The notes under the pieces: generated by a model | Database searches by the model: none | What the model was told of the DNA's origin: nothing | Seen by the model: only the letters and a program-made list of their open reading frames with translations | Position numbers and translations under genes: made by a program | Source of the DNA: a virus | DNA length: 64,000 nt | Virus record (IMG/VR): IMGVR_UViG_3300045988_020586 | Strand: one strand, 5' to 3' | Part shown: positions 1-9,814 of the stretch, one piece after another | Layout: each line of letters starts with the position of its first letter | How positions within the stretch are numbered: the first letter of the stretch is position 1

Positions 1-1483
1 CTTTCTTTTCTATCAGTCTCGGATCTCCAGATTGAGAGTATCCTTTGCGAACACCAAAGTAATTGTTCACGTCGTACTGATAAAACGACTCGTAATCATC
101 GGATTCGAATGTCAACTGGGTTAATTGCTCAACTTCCTTAATTGCATCGGCTATTGCGAAGCGGGCGGATTTGTCAGCAATGTAGACGACACCATCTGTA
201 TTGACTTGTACAATCTTACAATTCAATTCTAGAAGCTTATCCACTAACATAAGTAGTATAAGTTGCCCATTTATACGTATCTTGTATACGTTAAGTGGAT
301 CATATGCCCAGCTACTTTCTTGTTGCATCTTTCCGGTAAGAGCATTAAGAGCCTGTTTGAACGCCTTAGACTTTAATAACTCTCCATTACGTTTGGCAGC
401 TAACCGCTCCTTGTATAGAGCGTTGTACACATTCCAAAAATCTTCTCCTAAGTGAACCGGAAACCAATGGTTTATAATGGCTAACGAAGGATACATAGAC
501 GTAACGTCGGAGTGTCCTATAAATTGTTCATCTGTAGGTTTGTAGACTCTAGGTTCGTTGATGGTGTGTATACCACCTTCTCCTATAGAGTAGCAAATGT
601 TTGAGAGAACGAACTTCTTCTCATAGTTTTCTTGTTTCTTATCAGACTTACTTGCGTTGCAAGTAGCATTCTTTACATCCAATAAGACTTCTTTCAACTT
701 TGGATTAGAATATTGTATGAATGGGAGTATAATGTCACCTAAACGAATGTTTCCGACTTTTCGAGTACGAGTTTTTAGCTCGTCTTTTGTTGTGTTGGTA
801 ATGTCTAAAACTGTGCGCAAGAGTATTTCCTCTCCAAATCGTACGCCACTCATTGACAGTGCATCAAACCCCCATTCTTTTTCAACTTCAAGACGTAGTT
901 CTACATCTTCTTTTACTTTGTTAAGCAAAGCTTCAGTAGCATCTACGTCGTTCACATTATACTCTATCATAGCATCGATATTGCATTCTTCTATCTGCAT
1001 ATCAAAGTTACCTTCGTACTCTTGCACATTTGGCATATGTAAAAGTATTTCGATTTCTTTTAAGCTTTTCTGTTGCTTAGCACTATAGAGCATCAACATA
1101 AGATCAAACGAATAAAAGTAATTTGCATATTTGTATTGTTTTATCTTATCAATATTTCCTGTTTTTTCCGAACTTATTATTTCTTTACTAAGATAATACA
1201 GAGAACTACAAATTCTCGAGTATCCTAGTCGCTTCATTCTATTATAGAAACAGATAATATAGTTTATGATTATATCATCATAGTGCTTATTGTTATATCC
1301 GCACATTATATGTTCTGTTCTATTTGTATAGAAGAAGTCAACTAATTCTTTTAGTTGATTTTTTCGACAGGATATCTCGAATTTATATAGGTTATGATTC
1401 TCTGAATCTTTACAAGTACAATGAAAACAGTTTGGAAAAACTTCTATGTCATATAGAACTACTGGTCTTTCCTTTACTATCAT
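1..1483 (-). CDS. Family B DNA polymerase, N-terminal ~494 codons (gene continues past window start)
   Basis: Reverse frame is open from ATG 1483..1481 to position 1; it is missing from the ORF track because it has no stop in the window. Own translation shows MIVKERPVVLYDIEVFPN (ExoI-like), GYNNKHYDD (ExoII-like), DVTSMYPS (motif A) and VQVNTDGV (motif C). Confidence 0.8.
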   Translation of the reverse strand, partial: MIVKERPVVLYDIEVFPNCFHCTCKDSENHNLYKFEISCRKNQLKELVDFFYTNRTEHIMCGYNNKHYDDIIINYIICFYNRMKRLGYSRICSSLYYLSKEIISSEKTGNIDKIKQYKYANYFYSFDLMLMLYSAKQQKSLKEIEILLHMPNVQEYEGNFDMQIEECNIDAMIEYNVNDVDATEALLNKVKEDVELRLEVEKEWGFDALSMSGVRFGEEILLRTVLDITNTTKDELKTRTRKVGNIRLGDIILPFIQYSNPKLKEVLLDVKNATCNASKSDKKQENYEKKFVLSNICYSIGEGGIHTINEPRVYKPTDEQFIGHSDVTSMYPSLAIINHWFPVHLGEDFWNVYNALYKERLAAKRNGELLKSKAFKQALNALTGKMQQESSWAYDPLNVYKIRINGQLILLMLVDKLLELNCKIVQVNTDGVVYIADKSARFAIADAIKEVEQLTQLTFESDDYESFYQYDVNNYFGVRKGYSQSGDPRLIEKK

Positions 1484-1485
1484 AG

Positions 1486-1558
1486 TAGTTCTAACCGGAT
1501 TCGAACCGATGACCTCCGGGTTATCTACCCGGTGCTCTGGCCACTGAGCTATAGAACT
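1486..1558 (-). tRNA. tRNA, nominal anticodon GAT (Ile), with non-canonical A at position 33
   Basis: Reverse complement folds as a cloverleaf: acceptor AGTTCTA/TAGAACT, D arm GCTC-AGTGGCCA-GAGC, anticodon arm CCGGG-TAGATAA-CCCGG, T arm ATCGG-TTCGAAT-CCGGT. 73 nt, no encoded CCA. Confidence 0.75.
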
Positions 1559-1767
1559 GACCCCGTCGGGTCTGCATGACATACACGATATGTGCGGACG
1601 CTGATTGATGTTTTACGTCTTTCGGTACCTTTCTCGCTGCCACATATCAGTACCACATGTTGTCCCTAGTGAGGGTTTGCACCTCGCAGTCATATCCTTT
1701 CGGAGCACACTAGGGTGACCAGTGGTGTCCTGGTCTATTCCATTAACAGTAGGGAAGTTCGTATAAT
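1559..1767. ncRNA. ORF-free structured spacer between CDS 1768..2430 and the tRNA
   Basis: No ORF. Nested complementarity: CCCTAGTG (1664-1671) with CACTAGGG (1708-1715), GACCAG-TGGTGTC-CTGGTC, GTCTGCA/TGCGGAC. Confidence 0.3.
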
Positions 1768-2430
1768 CTAAGCCGCCATTCGCATTTTATTTGCGTTTGG
1801 CAACAGAATACGTCCTGTCTTCTTGCGATGGTCTTTAAGGTTTGTACAAACAAGATTACTGCGTTTTGCCTTTACCTTATTTGTCTCTTTACGAGCCATC
1901 TTCATGACTTTACTGTGTTCTGGAAGTTTGTTTACGCCTCCATACTTAGCAGTTTCGCCATTATCTTTTATCTGAGCAATTTCTTGCTCGTGGAACAACT
2001 CGTCAGTAGAAGAGAACCTACCAATAAGTTGTAATTTGTCATATTTAGCGACAACTAAGTCTCTAATACGTTCTTCAGCCGCGACTCTCTCTGCCTCCCA
2101 AACCGGGAATTGCTGCGAGTAGAATAAGTCGTCTTTCTTAACCGGACATGGGTTCTTTCGTTCCCATTTCTGCAGCTTGTGCTGAACATAGCCTTCCATG
2201 AGCTCGATGCGGTTAAGCTTTGTAACCTTTCTGCGAGATTCAATTTTGATTGAATTACGCTTGAGCAGTACGAACCAAGGTCTCTTACGAGAAAGACCGT
2301 GGATGCAATGTTCTTTACAGAACTTAGAAGTAGTTCCGTGAGACTTGTTAAAGTCCTTAAGCCACTTCTCTTTAGTGTCACGATAAGTTTTAACATAATC
2401 GTCCAAATATTGATTATTCTGGGTATTCAT
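1768..2430 (-). CDS. hypothetical protein (220 aa)
   Basis: ORF track; ATG start checked; stop codon is TAG (plus-strand CTA at 1768-1770). Confidence 0.7.
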   Translation of the reverse strand: MNTQNNQYLDDYVKTYRDTKEKWLKDFNKSHGTTSKFCKEHCIHGLSRKRPWFVLLKRNSIKIESRRKVTKLNRIELMEGYVQHKLQKWERKNPCPVKKDDLFYSQQFPVWEAERVAAEERIRDLVVAKYDKLQLIGRFSSTDELFHEQEIAQIKDNGETAKYGGVNKLPEHSKVMKMARKETNKVKAKRSNLVCTNLKDHRKKTGRILLPNANKMRMAA

Positions 2431-2447
2431 AACGTTGTCTCCTATAA

Positions 2448-3437
2448 TTAAGCTGCCTGTTTAGCTGACTTTTGTTTAATTTCCTTAACCTGTGTAGGCT
2501 TCTTGTTTACAGCCTTAGCCTTAACCTTAAGCCCACGACGAAGCTTACGTCCCTCGGCCTTAGATCCGTGACTGAAGTTGTACGTGTTCTTCTCAAGGGT
2601 CTCCTTAGCCTTCTTCTTAGCTCTACGGAGATTATAGAAGTTAACACTAGCATTCTTAGAACACTCGATAGTATGAGGATCACCTCCATTCTTGTGCTTA
2701 TTGTGGTTGCTTGCAGATACGTCTATACTAGCCTCATTAAATGGAGACTTACTATCAGAACGATACTGATAGAACGTAGCGTTACCCACAAGGTCACGCA
2801 GTTTTTCTACCACGTTTGCTGGCACATCCTTAAAGAATGCTGTAGAATTGGTAATACATGCAGATTTAATTCCGCAGTCTTTTACCAACTTCTCAAGTTC
2901 TCCCTTCTTCTTCAGAACGGAGTCGCACACAACTGTTATATTGTATACAGTAGCGTTGTCCCACTGTTTCTTTGCGATGTCTACTACCTTCTTGGTGTCA
3001 GCATCATTGAGACGCATTCGCTTGCATCGACGGGTAATTGATGCGATATGACGAGCCTGAGCGACATTGCGACGCTCTTCCTGCTTCTTCAAACGCTCCT
3101 CCAGAGTGATTTTAACAGGTCCTGAAGCCTTTGTCTTCTTGGAGTCGATCAACTTATCCATGATGCTCTTTTTACGCGCCTGACGAGCCTCTGCGCGAGC
3201 CTTAGAAGCAGCATACTTAGCCTGCTCCTTCTCGGCTTTAGCCTTCTTCTTAGCTGCCTTGAGTTCAGCATGCTTCTTAGCCTTCTCTGCATCAGCAGCA
3301 CGACGCTTCTTAATGTTCTCTATTGTCTTATTAGCAGCATTAGACTCTTCCTTCTTAGCTGCCTCAGCCTTAACTGGTGTAGTTCCTATCTTAGCCTGAA
3401 CCTTCTTGAGGTTCTTCTTATTATTCTTCTTAGACAT
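2448..3437 (-). CDS. hypothetical Lys/Ala-rich basic protein (329 aa)
   Basis: ORF track; ATG start; TAA stop. Long KKAKAEK-type N-terminal half and basic C-terminal tail; visibly biased codon usage. Confidence 0.75.
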   Translation of the reverse strand: MSKKNNKKNLKKVQAKIGTTPVKAEAAKKEESNAANKTIENIKKRRAADAEKAKKHAELKAAKKKAKAEKEQAKYAASKARAEARQARKKSIMDKLIDSKKTKASGPVKITLEERLKKQEERRNVAQARHIASITRRCKRMRLNDADTKKVVDIAKKQWDNATVYNITVVCDSVLKKKGELEKLVKDCGIKSACITNSTAFFKDVPANVVEKLRDLVGNATFYQYRSDSKSPFNEASIDVSASNHNKHKNGGDPHTIECSKNASVNFYNLRRAKKKAKETLEKNTYNFSHGSKAEGRKLRRGLKVKAKAVNKKPTQVKEIKQKSAKQAA

Positions 3438-3562
3438 AATCTTGATAATTTAATGTGTTAATAATGTTGTTTTTAAGGCAAGGGATTCCTTATTTGTGGT
3501 TCGTGTAAGCCTCGATCTTACTCCTTTCGGCGACCCTTGTATTTGTCTCGAACCTATAGCAT

Positions 3563-4111
3563 TTAAACTGCGAGATCCATCTCGAACTTATCTGCAATAG
3601 TATCCTTAATCTCAATAGAAGTCTCATTGTTAAACTTCTCGAGATTGGCGTCAAACTTATTTGCTAGTAGCTGCTGCTCGTGAATAAGCTGTGCAATCTT
3701 AGCTGATGAGAACACCTCACGCTTAGGCATAGCCTTCAATCCCTTCTTTGCCTTAGTTGATGGATCAAGTGTCTTGATCATCTTGAGCTGAGCTATAGCC
3801 TCCTTTGCCTCACATGCTGCAAAAATGCTATAGTTATTTGTCTTCTTAAAATCCTCATAAGAGAATGTAGTAGTACCTGTGTTAAGAGCTACCAAAATAC
3901 CCTTAATCATAATACGCTTCTCACTAAGCTGTACAATCTGATTATACAAACTCTTGAGATCTAAGCCAGAACCCTGCTTTGCTGCAATTGCCTTCTTAGA
4001 CATCAGGTTCTCTGCTCGAATGATTCGCCAATACTTATTGATAGTAATATCAATGTTCTTGCGAATTGTAATAATGTTTGCTGAGTTCAATTTAATTGAT
4101 TTCTTATTCAT
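3563..4111 (-). CDS. hypothetical protein (182 aa)
   Basis: ORF track; ATG start; TAA stop; co-directional with neighbours. Confidence 0.7.
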   Translation of the reverse strand: MNKKSIKLNSANIITIRKNIDITINKYWRIIRAENLMSKKAIAAKQGSGLDLKSLYNQIVQLSEKRIMIKGILVALNTGTTTFSYEDFKKTNNYSIFAACEAKEAIAQLKMIKTLDPSTKAKKGLKAMPKREVFSSAKIAQLIHEQQLLANKFDANLEKFNNETSIEIKDTIADKFEMDLAV

Positions 4112-4193
4112 ATAGTTTGATTAAAATTAAACAATTTACTTGAATCAGCCACTTACCTAGCTCCTATACTACATATTACTGTAATAAAGGATA

Positions 4194-4270
4194 AAAGGGT
4201 ATCCATTGGTAATCCTACCCCGCAGGGCGGATTACCTATTCTCCGCAGAGAACTTTTAAGGATGCCCTTT
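4194..4270. ncRNA. Three-helix intergenic RNA/DNA structure
   Basis: 11-bp closing helix AAAGGGTATCC/GGATGCCCTTT (one T.G) encloses GGTAATCC..GGATTACC (tip CCC-CGCA-GGG) and TTCTC-CGCA-GAGAA. Confidence 0.4.
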
Positions 4271-4388
4271 AATATAAACTAATAATATTGTTATTGTATT
4301 TTCTTGCAAACAATAACGGTAACTTCATGCATGAATGTGTACTCTTCTGCGCACAGATTGTACACCATTCCCGCAGGAATGTTTCTGT

Positions 4389-4973
4389 TTATGGCATTAC
4401 TCGTTTAGCGTTTACAATTCCATACTCCAACTCAATCATTGGTTTACCAATGCAGTCTTTCACCTGCAAAACTTCTTTACGTCCGTTGATATTGATAACA
4501 ATTTTATCAGGAAACTCTTGCTGAGCGTTAAGCCTTGGCCCTGACACCCGGGACCCCGCAGGGTCCGCTCCTACGCCATCAGCAATGCTAGAATTCTGAC
4601 ATACTTTTGTCGCAACATCATACAGTCGTTCTACGACCCAGTTAAAGTTTTTGTCTTTAACTCCTTTCATCACAATTTCTTGCGATAGTCCTTCCATAAT
4701 GGCTTTTTGGTTAAGCCCTGTAGAAAGACTCACTAGTGCATCCCATACCTTAAGAGCGAAGCTCTCAAATGGTAAGGTTTGCTCACAGCCGATTATCTTG
4801 TTCCAAAAATGGAATCTAGTTGAACCAAGAGTAATACTACCATCATCGTTAATGGTATAGATCTTGTATTTCTCTGTATGGTCCAACTTTTCATAAACGG
4901 CTGCCTTAATTTTCGGTTCTGAGAGCATTACTGCTATAAGCTTAACGCTCTTTTCTGTTAAAACAGCCTCCAT
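4389..4973 (-). CDS. hypothetical protein (194 aa)
   Basis: ORF track; ATG; TAA. Contains an internal GC-rich hairpin GGACCC-CGCA-GGGTCC at 4551-4566. Confidence 0.7.
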   Translation of the reverse strand: MEAVLTEKSVKLIAVMLSEPKIKAAVYEKLDHTEKYKIYTINDDGSITLGSTRFHFWNKIIGCEQTLPFESFALKVWDALVSLSTGLNQKAIMEGLSQEIVMKGVKDKNFNWVVERLYDVATKVCQNSSIADGVGADPAGSRVSGPRLNAQQEFPDKIVININGRKEVLQVKDCIGKPMIELEYGIVNAKRVMP

Positions 4974-4977
4974 GAAC

Positions 4978-5571
4978 TTATGCTATCTTATCAGCTGGTT
5001 TAGAATCTGCCTTCTGACGCTCGTAGTCGGCAACGATCTTCTCGTTTGCTGCAATGGCAGACAAACACTGAGCCTTAGCCTTATTAGCCTGCTCAATAAT
5101 TGCCTCAAGGCGAGCGATCTCACCACGGTTAAGATCGTTAAGAATGCCACTCAAATCCTTAGGATCTGAGAACACAGCCTTAGAGTTCTTGTCCTTAAGA
5201 GCGTTCTGAACTGCCTCCTCTGTGGTCTCACCAAACTTGGTGCTGTTCTCACCGAGAGGGATATCAATCTGGTGCTCGGTGCCCTCATTGAGACGGCAAA
5301 CGACATCACCGATTGCATTCTGCTTGGTTGCCATAGACTCAATCGTAATATAGCCGATCGCAAAACGGCGAGGTGAACGATTGAGGACAAGGTTTACATT
5401 GGAGCCCTGCTTAGCCTGCTCCAAAACCTTATCATGATCTGGGTTGAACATACGGGTCTGAGGAATAAATACGTCCTGACCGAACATTCTGCCACCGAGC
5501 AAGCTCAGTGGGGTACGATTTGACTTAATTGTAGTTTCCACGATGTTTACATTAATTTCTGACATAATCAT
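4978..5571 (-). CDS. hypothetical protein (197 aa)
   Basis: ORF track; ATG; TAA; 4 nt from the downstream gene; biased codon usage. Confidence 0.75.
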   Translation of the reverse strand: MIMSEINVNIVETTIKSNRTPLSLLGGRMFGQDVFIPQTRMFNPDHDKVLEQAKQGSNVNLVLNRSPRRFAIGYITIESMATKQNAIGDVVCRLNEGTEHQIDIPLGENSTKFGETTEEAVQNALKDKNSKAVFSDPKDLSGILNDLNRGEIARLEAIIEQANKAKAQCLSAIAANEKIVADYERQKADSKPADKIA

Positions 5572-5581
5572 ATCCTTTTTG

Positions 5582-5608
5582 ATATCGTTATTGATTAACT
5601 AACGATAT
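5582..5608. promoter_or_regulatory. 9-bp perfect hairpin 11 nt upstream of the start of CDS 4978..5571
   Basis: ATATCGTTA-TTGATTAAC-TAACGATAT. Confidence 0.35.
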
Positions 5609-5666
5609 GATTTTTAAAATATGGTGTATTTTGGCTACACCTTTGCCGTTGTTTATTGAATAAAGC

Positions 5667-5691
5667 AACGCTGATACGAAGATACTCGGTT
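5667..5691. repeat. Family A conserved-loop hairpin, copy A0
   Basis: Loop CTGATACGAAGATACT is closed by a short bulged stem (AAC.G/C.GTT). The 15-mer TGATACGAAGATACT is shared with 13143, 13314 and 13412. Confidence 0.5.
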
Positions 5692-7101
5692 ACTACTTTG
5701 CTTACTTAGTTTTCTAAAGAAAGTTCTACTATTGTAGACGCTTTTCATAGACTTAGCTACACTATTTCTACTACAACAATAGGGTAGTAGACTTGTAGCA
5801 GGAATTACGTACGTATGACGTAATTAACATTTACTGGATTATCCAGGCCCATCGTCTAAAGCTTTGAATGCTTTCTTTGCATAATCAAATGCTGAACTAT
5901 TTTCTGCTATTTTGTTCACGTTTTTTCTAACTTAACTATTCTAATCTTCGTTGGTGAAATTTTGCAGAGCAACTAACACTCATAGAATCTTAGAATCCTT
6001 ATAACCCACGAAAATATGTAGAATCTCGGTCGTATTTCCCTTACTATACTTACAAGATATTCCTACACGATTGTTATTAAAGCAGATGATCTCTACTGCT
6101 AACTTAAAAGCGACTGTCAGCTAGGTCTCCTTACTGCGGTACTCGGCTTATGGCATGTACCCAGCGGTTGGTTATCGGAATGTCTCAGGATCAAACCCAT
6201 CACAGACTTTACGGCTTTTTACATCTTTGCTGATGTTTGCAATTTTTCTGTACCGGTATTACTACCTCCTATTTATAGTGCACGAATATTGGGAATTCAA
6301 CCCATACATTTCATCTTGTCACCCACTTATAAACGTAATATACATGTATAGAGACAGTATACACATATAATATACACAGTCGTTTTACAACATAGAATAT
6401 AAGCTGCCCATCAATTTCCTGTATTGCTTCGAACCTTTGTGTTTACATATACTGTTGCACAGTATACTTTAGCATGGTTGGCATATCGGTTGGCACTCGA
6501 TTTCTTTACCTCAAGTCCTTACTTACAACGTAAGATACACTCTATAAAGGGACATCAATTTTTTGTTAAACATGTTACATTTTAAACTTTCTAGATTTTC
6601 ATAGTCTATATCTTTTGCATACAACATACGCATATATAATATACCAGCTTACTACTCTGTAGAGACTATATAATATTGCATATCATAATACAAATAGACT
6701 ATTGGTCTAAATTGTTTTGGATGAAAGTGGAGGTCAAATGATCCTGGCTGGATATATCTCGAATCAACTTTCTACCTATTTTGCTATTTCTTATTCTAGG
6801 ATAGCTTTCCATCAATTTTCTTTGACTGTAACGGAGTCATCGATCATAGTCTCATGAACGATTTAATTTTCATGGAAATTGGCTGTAAGTTCGGATTGCC
6901 TAACATCCTAATTGCAACTGGAATAGATTTTCACCGCGATCTTCACCCGCGTACGATACTCCCGTAGAGCTTCGATTAAGGGACTGCCCAACCCTTGTGC
7001 TTGTTTTACTTTTATATACCGCATAAACAAGAAAAGCCTGGCGGTCTACCATGAACTCAGACGTCTTACACCTCATCCCTGGCACCCCTTCAATGGAGTT
7101 G

Positions 7102-7118
7102 TGACGAATCGAACGTCA
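7102..7118 (-). other. Orphan tRNA T-arm-like hairpin
   Basis: Reverse strand reads TGACG-TTCGATT-CGTCA. I could not build an acceptor, D arm or anticodon arm around it. Confidence 0.4.
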
Positions 7119-7731
7119 AGGACTATATGCCAACGTATTCACCATACGTCCCGTGAGTATTATCCTCACGATATTGCGTCTTAGATAAATTTTTCGGCCT
7201 TTATACTAGCTTTGGACACTAGAAACACTACCTACGGCTTAATAATACTTCTATATTGTTTGGGATATCCTCGGTTCTTCCAGCACCATGCACCATACCA
7301 TGTATGCAATTCTGTTCACCTACTGGGGACCAATATAGTTCATCTCGTGTAACGTTCGTGTATGCTTAGTATTATCACATACAATTCCGATACGGTTCAT
7401 TATGCCCTTCTTGGGACTTATGCGTTTTTAGATTACACAGCCTCATCCAGCTTGTCTCCAGACGGTTCTCACAAGTCCAGCTGTGTAATCTATAGGAGTT
7501 GATACAACGCTACTCCTACCTATATCAAACCGTTTCAATGTTTGATACATTTCATCCTACCTTTTGAGTGATCTCGCCCTGCAAGACAGGGTTAACATAT
7601 TCTCGGATCCAGTTTAATTTGATTGAGTTTTTCTTCTAGCTCCTTCGCGGGGGGATGTTCCAGAATAGTACGTAGACTAATGGGATCTACTATATGTACT
7701 TACCTAATTATAGCACATAGGGTTCTTATGT

Positions 7732-8133
7732 TTACTTATGTACATTAGAGGCGATTTGGATATAATCACGGAGCTCTCCCTTACGAATGGTAGAGTTGTG
7801 ATTAGTGGAGTCGACCTTTTCTCCAGGTTCCATAATATACAGAAGTGGTACATACGACGTATCTGTCTTCTTAATTATGGTGCGTTTAACAATTGCCTTT
7901 GCAGGCAACTGTTTATGATTACAAGGTACAGGCACTTTTACCTTAACGGTATCATGCACTGTATCAGGATTAGCACGATTCATCTGACCAAACAAATGGT
8001 CCATTGGTTGCGATACAGTAGATGCTGCTACTGTTTGCACTGTCGTCGGAAGGGGCACGTTCTTAAGATCTGCAATATTCATGCCGATCGCAAGAAATGC
8101 TGCACCTAGCAACGTTGTTACTAATTTTTTCAT
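7732..8133 (-). CDS. hypothetical secreted/membrane protein (133 aa)
   Basis: ORF track; ATG; TAA; N-terminal MKKLVTTLLGAAFLAIG looks like a signal peptide. Confidence 0.7.
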   Translation of the reverse strand: MKKLVTTLLGAAFLAIGMNIADLKNVPLPTTVQTVAASTVSQPMDHLFGQMNRANPDTVHDTVKVKVPVPCNHKQLPAKAIVKRTIIKKTDTSYVPLLYIMEPGEKVDSTNHNSTIRKGELRDYIQIASNVHK

Positions 8134-8234
8134 ACTTTGATAGTTAAATTATTTGCGTTCACTTTGCCATTGGATATCAAAGGCTCTTCTAACGCGACCA
8201 ACTAGTTGTGAACCAGCTTTCTTAATTGGCCGTA

Positions 8235-9746
8235 TTATTTTTTTACCTGAGCCTTAGCCTTACCCTTGGCTTCCTTCTTCTTGTTCTCTGCTGCCTTCTT
8301 ATCAGCTGCTTCCTTAGCAGCCTTGGCAACAGCCTCTTCCTCGGCCTTGATCTCTTCGTCGGTCTTAAATGCCAAGTCGATAATATTCTCCTTAGCATAA
8401 CCTACGAGCGGATCAGAAGGATTACGGAACAGATTAGAGATGATACCTGCATACTGAGTAGCGTTATCCAGCATAGAATCAGACTTAACCTTAGCCATCA
8501 TCTCTGGAACTACATCGCGATAGTATGCACGCTTAATAGAGATAACAGTCTTCTTAGCGAAGCTATTACCATCCAAGAAGTTCTTCTTCAGGTTCTCAAC
8601 AAACTCACCTGGAGCTGCAATAACTGCTGCAGTAGCCTTATCGGCAAATGCGATATTCTTGTTAGCTGTATCGATATGCGCCTGAACACGCTCCTTCTCA
8701 GGAAGCTTGTTCTCTTCCTCAATCATAATCTTGCCCTTAGAGCGAACCTCATCAGCACTGATAAGAACAAGACATCTTACAGCGTCTGCAATCTGATTAT
8801 CGGTATACTTACATACACCGGTGTTCTTGTCTGTAGAATGGTCAAGAAGCTCACAGAACGCAGATACAGGAGATCCTGACGTAGCGGTAACGTTGAAGAG
8901 GTGAGCGCCAATTCCATAAGTGAGAGTTCCGACACGACCCGTAAGGCTAACAACCTCACGAAACACGTCATGAAAATTCATGTTGTTGACACGCTCAAGA
9001 TTACTCTTAGCAGAAGCAAGAGCCTTCTCAGCGTTTTCCTTGTACTTCTTGTCCTTGGTGTCCTTAAGTGTCTTCTCGGCGGACTCGATCGCACGCTTAG
9101 CTTCGATAGAGCGATATGCCTTATAGAAGTTCACGCACTGCATAATGCTGTCCATAAGCTTAGAATCACGATTCATAGCCAGGAAACCAGACAACGCCTC
9201 CTTAAGCTCTTCCTCATCCTTGATCTTTGTAGGATCAAAGACCTTACCTGCTGTTGCAGCACGAGCCTGTGCGTCTTTGTCAAGATTCTTTGCAGTCTCT
9301 TCTGAAACTTGTACAGCTGCACCTGTAACCTCAACTGCTTCAGCGTCTTCGGTCGAAGGCAAGAGCTTAGCCTCGTCAAAGTTTACACCAATCTCTTTAA
9401 GAGCTTCCTTAAGCTCTGGGAGCGCAGACTTGCGAATTACTAACGCAAAGTCACTAGAACCATACTTAACCTCATTGCACATGCATACAGCAATGCCAAG
9501 AGCATTAATATGATTGATCTTGTCGATGGCTCCCTGCGGGATACCAGTATGCTCTGCAGCGTTCTCATCCAAGAAGAAACGATCATGAGCCATCTTCAAC
9601 AAGTCTACCTGATGGTTACGGTCCATGCTTGACCCACCTGTTGTTGTGAGCATAGCTGCAGCCTCAACAGCTGCATTTACACCGTTATCACCATTGTTGT
9701 TATTCTGGGCAACCTTAACGTTACCCTTGTTCTTTTTATTAGCCAT
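8235..9746 (-). CDS. hypothetical protein (503 aa) with Lys/Ala/Glu-rich C-terminal tail
   Basis: ORF track; ATG; TAA; strong codon bias. The antisense ORFs 8226..8879, 8901..9305 and 9145..9513 are mirror artefacts. Confidence 0.8.
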   Translation of the reverse strand: MANKKNKGNVKVAQNNNNGDNGVNAAVEAAAMLTTTGGSSMDRNHQVDLLKMAHDRFFLDENAAEHTGIPQGAIDKINHINALGIAVCMCNEVKYGSSDFALVIRKSALPELKEALKEIGVNFDEAKLLPSTEDAEAVEVTGAAVQVSEETAKNLDKDAQARAATAGKVFDPTKIKDEEELKEALSGFLAMNRDSKLMDSIMQCVNFYKAYRSIEAKRAIESAEKTLKDTKDKKYKENAEKALASAKSNLERVNNMNFHDVFREVVSLTGRVGTLTYGIGAHLFNVTATSGSPVSAFCELLDHSTDKNTGVCKYTDNQIADAVRCLVLISADEVRSKGKIMIEEENKLPEKERVQAHIDTANKNIAFADKATAAVIAAPGEFVENLKKNFLDGNSFAKKTVISIKRAYYRDVVPEMMAKVKSDSMLDNATQYAGIISNLFRNPSDPLVGYAKENIIDLAFKTDEEIKAEEEAVAKAAKEAADKKAAENKKKEAKGKAKAQVKK

Positions 9747-9814
9747 TTTGATAATGTTTTAAAAATGTTAAATACTAAAATTAATTAATAAAATCCTGGG
9801 CAACTAACTTAGAT

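Larger units (their letters stand above)
5572..7731. other. 2.16-kb ORF-free, hairpin-rich tract
   Basis: The track has only two marginal ORFs here (71 and 61 aa). My scan of reverse frames for TAA/TGA finds no run longer than 85 codons even with TAG read through. Many perfect hairpins, e.g. 5803-5825, 7431-7490, 7493-7518. Confidence 0.6.

Noticed and set aside
6155-7085. Track ORFs 6155..6370 (+) and 6900..7085 (-) inside the ORF-free tract
   Set aside because: They are short and isolated with unusual composition, and they overlap strong hairpins. They are no longer than expected by chance in 2 kb.
5572-7731. Hidden TAG-recoded gene(s) in the 2.1-kb gap
   Set aside because: I listed all TAA/TGA positions in the three reverse frames, and the longest open run is 85 codons. 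The forward strand gives only a 71-aa ORF and a start-less 83-codon frame. None looks protein-like.
8226-9513. Forward ORFs 8226..8879, 8901..9305 and 9145..9513
   Set aside because: They are antisense to the 503-aa codon-biased reverse gene 8235..9746. They are Leu/Ser/Cys-rich, have no operon context, and start at non-ATG codons.
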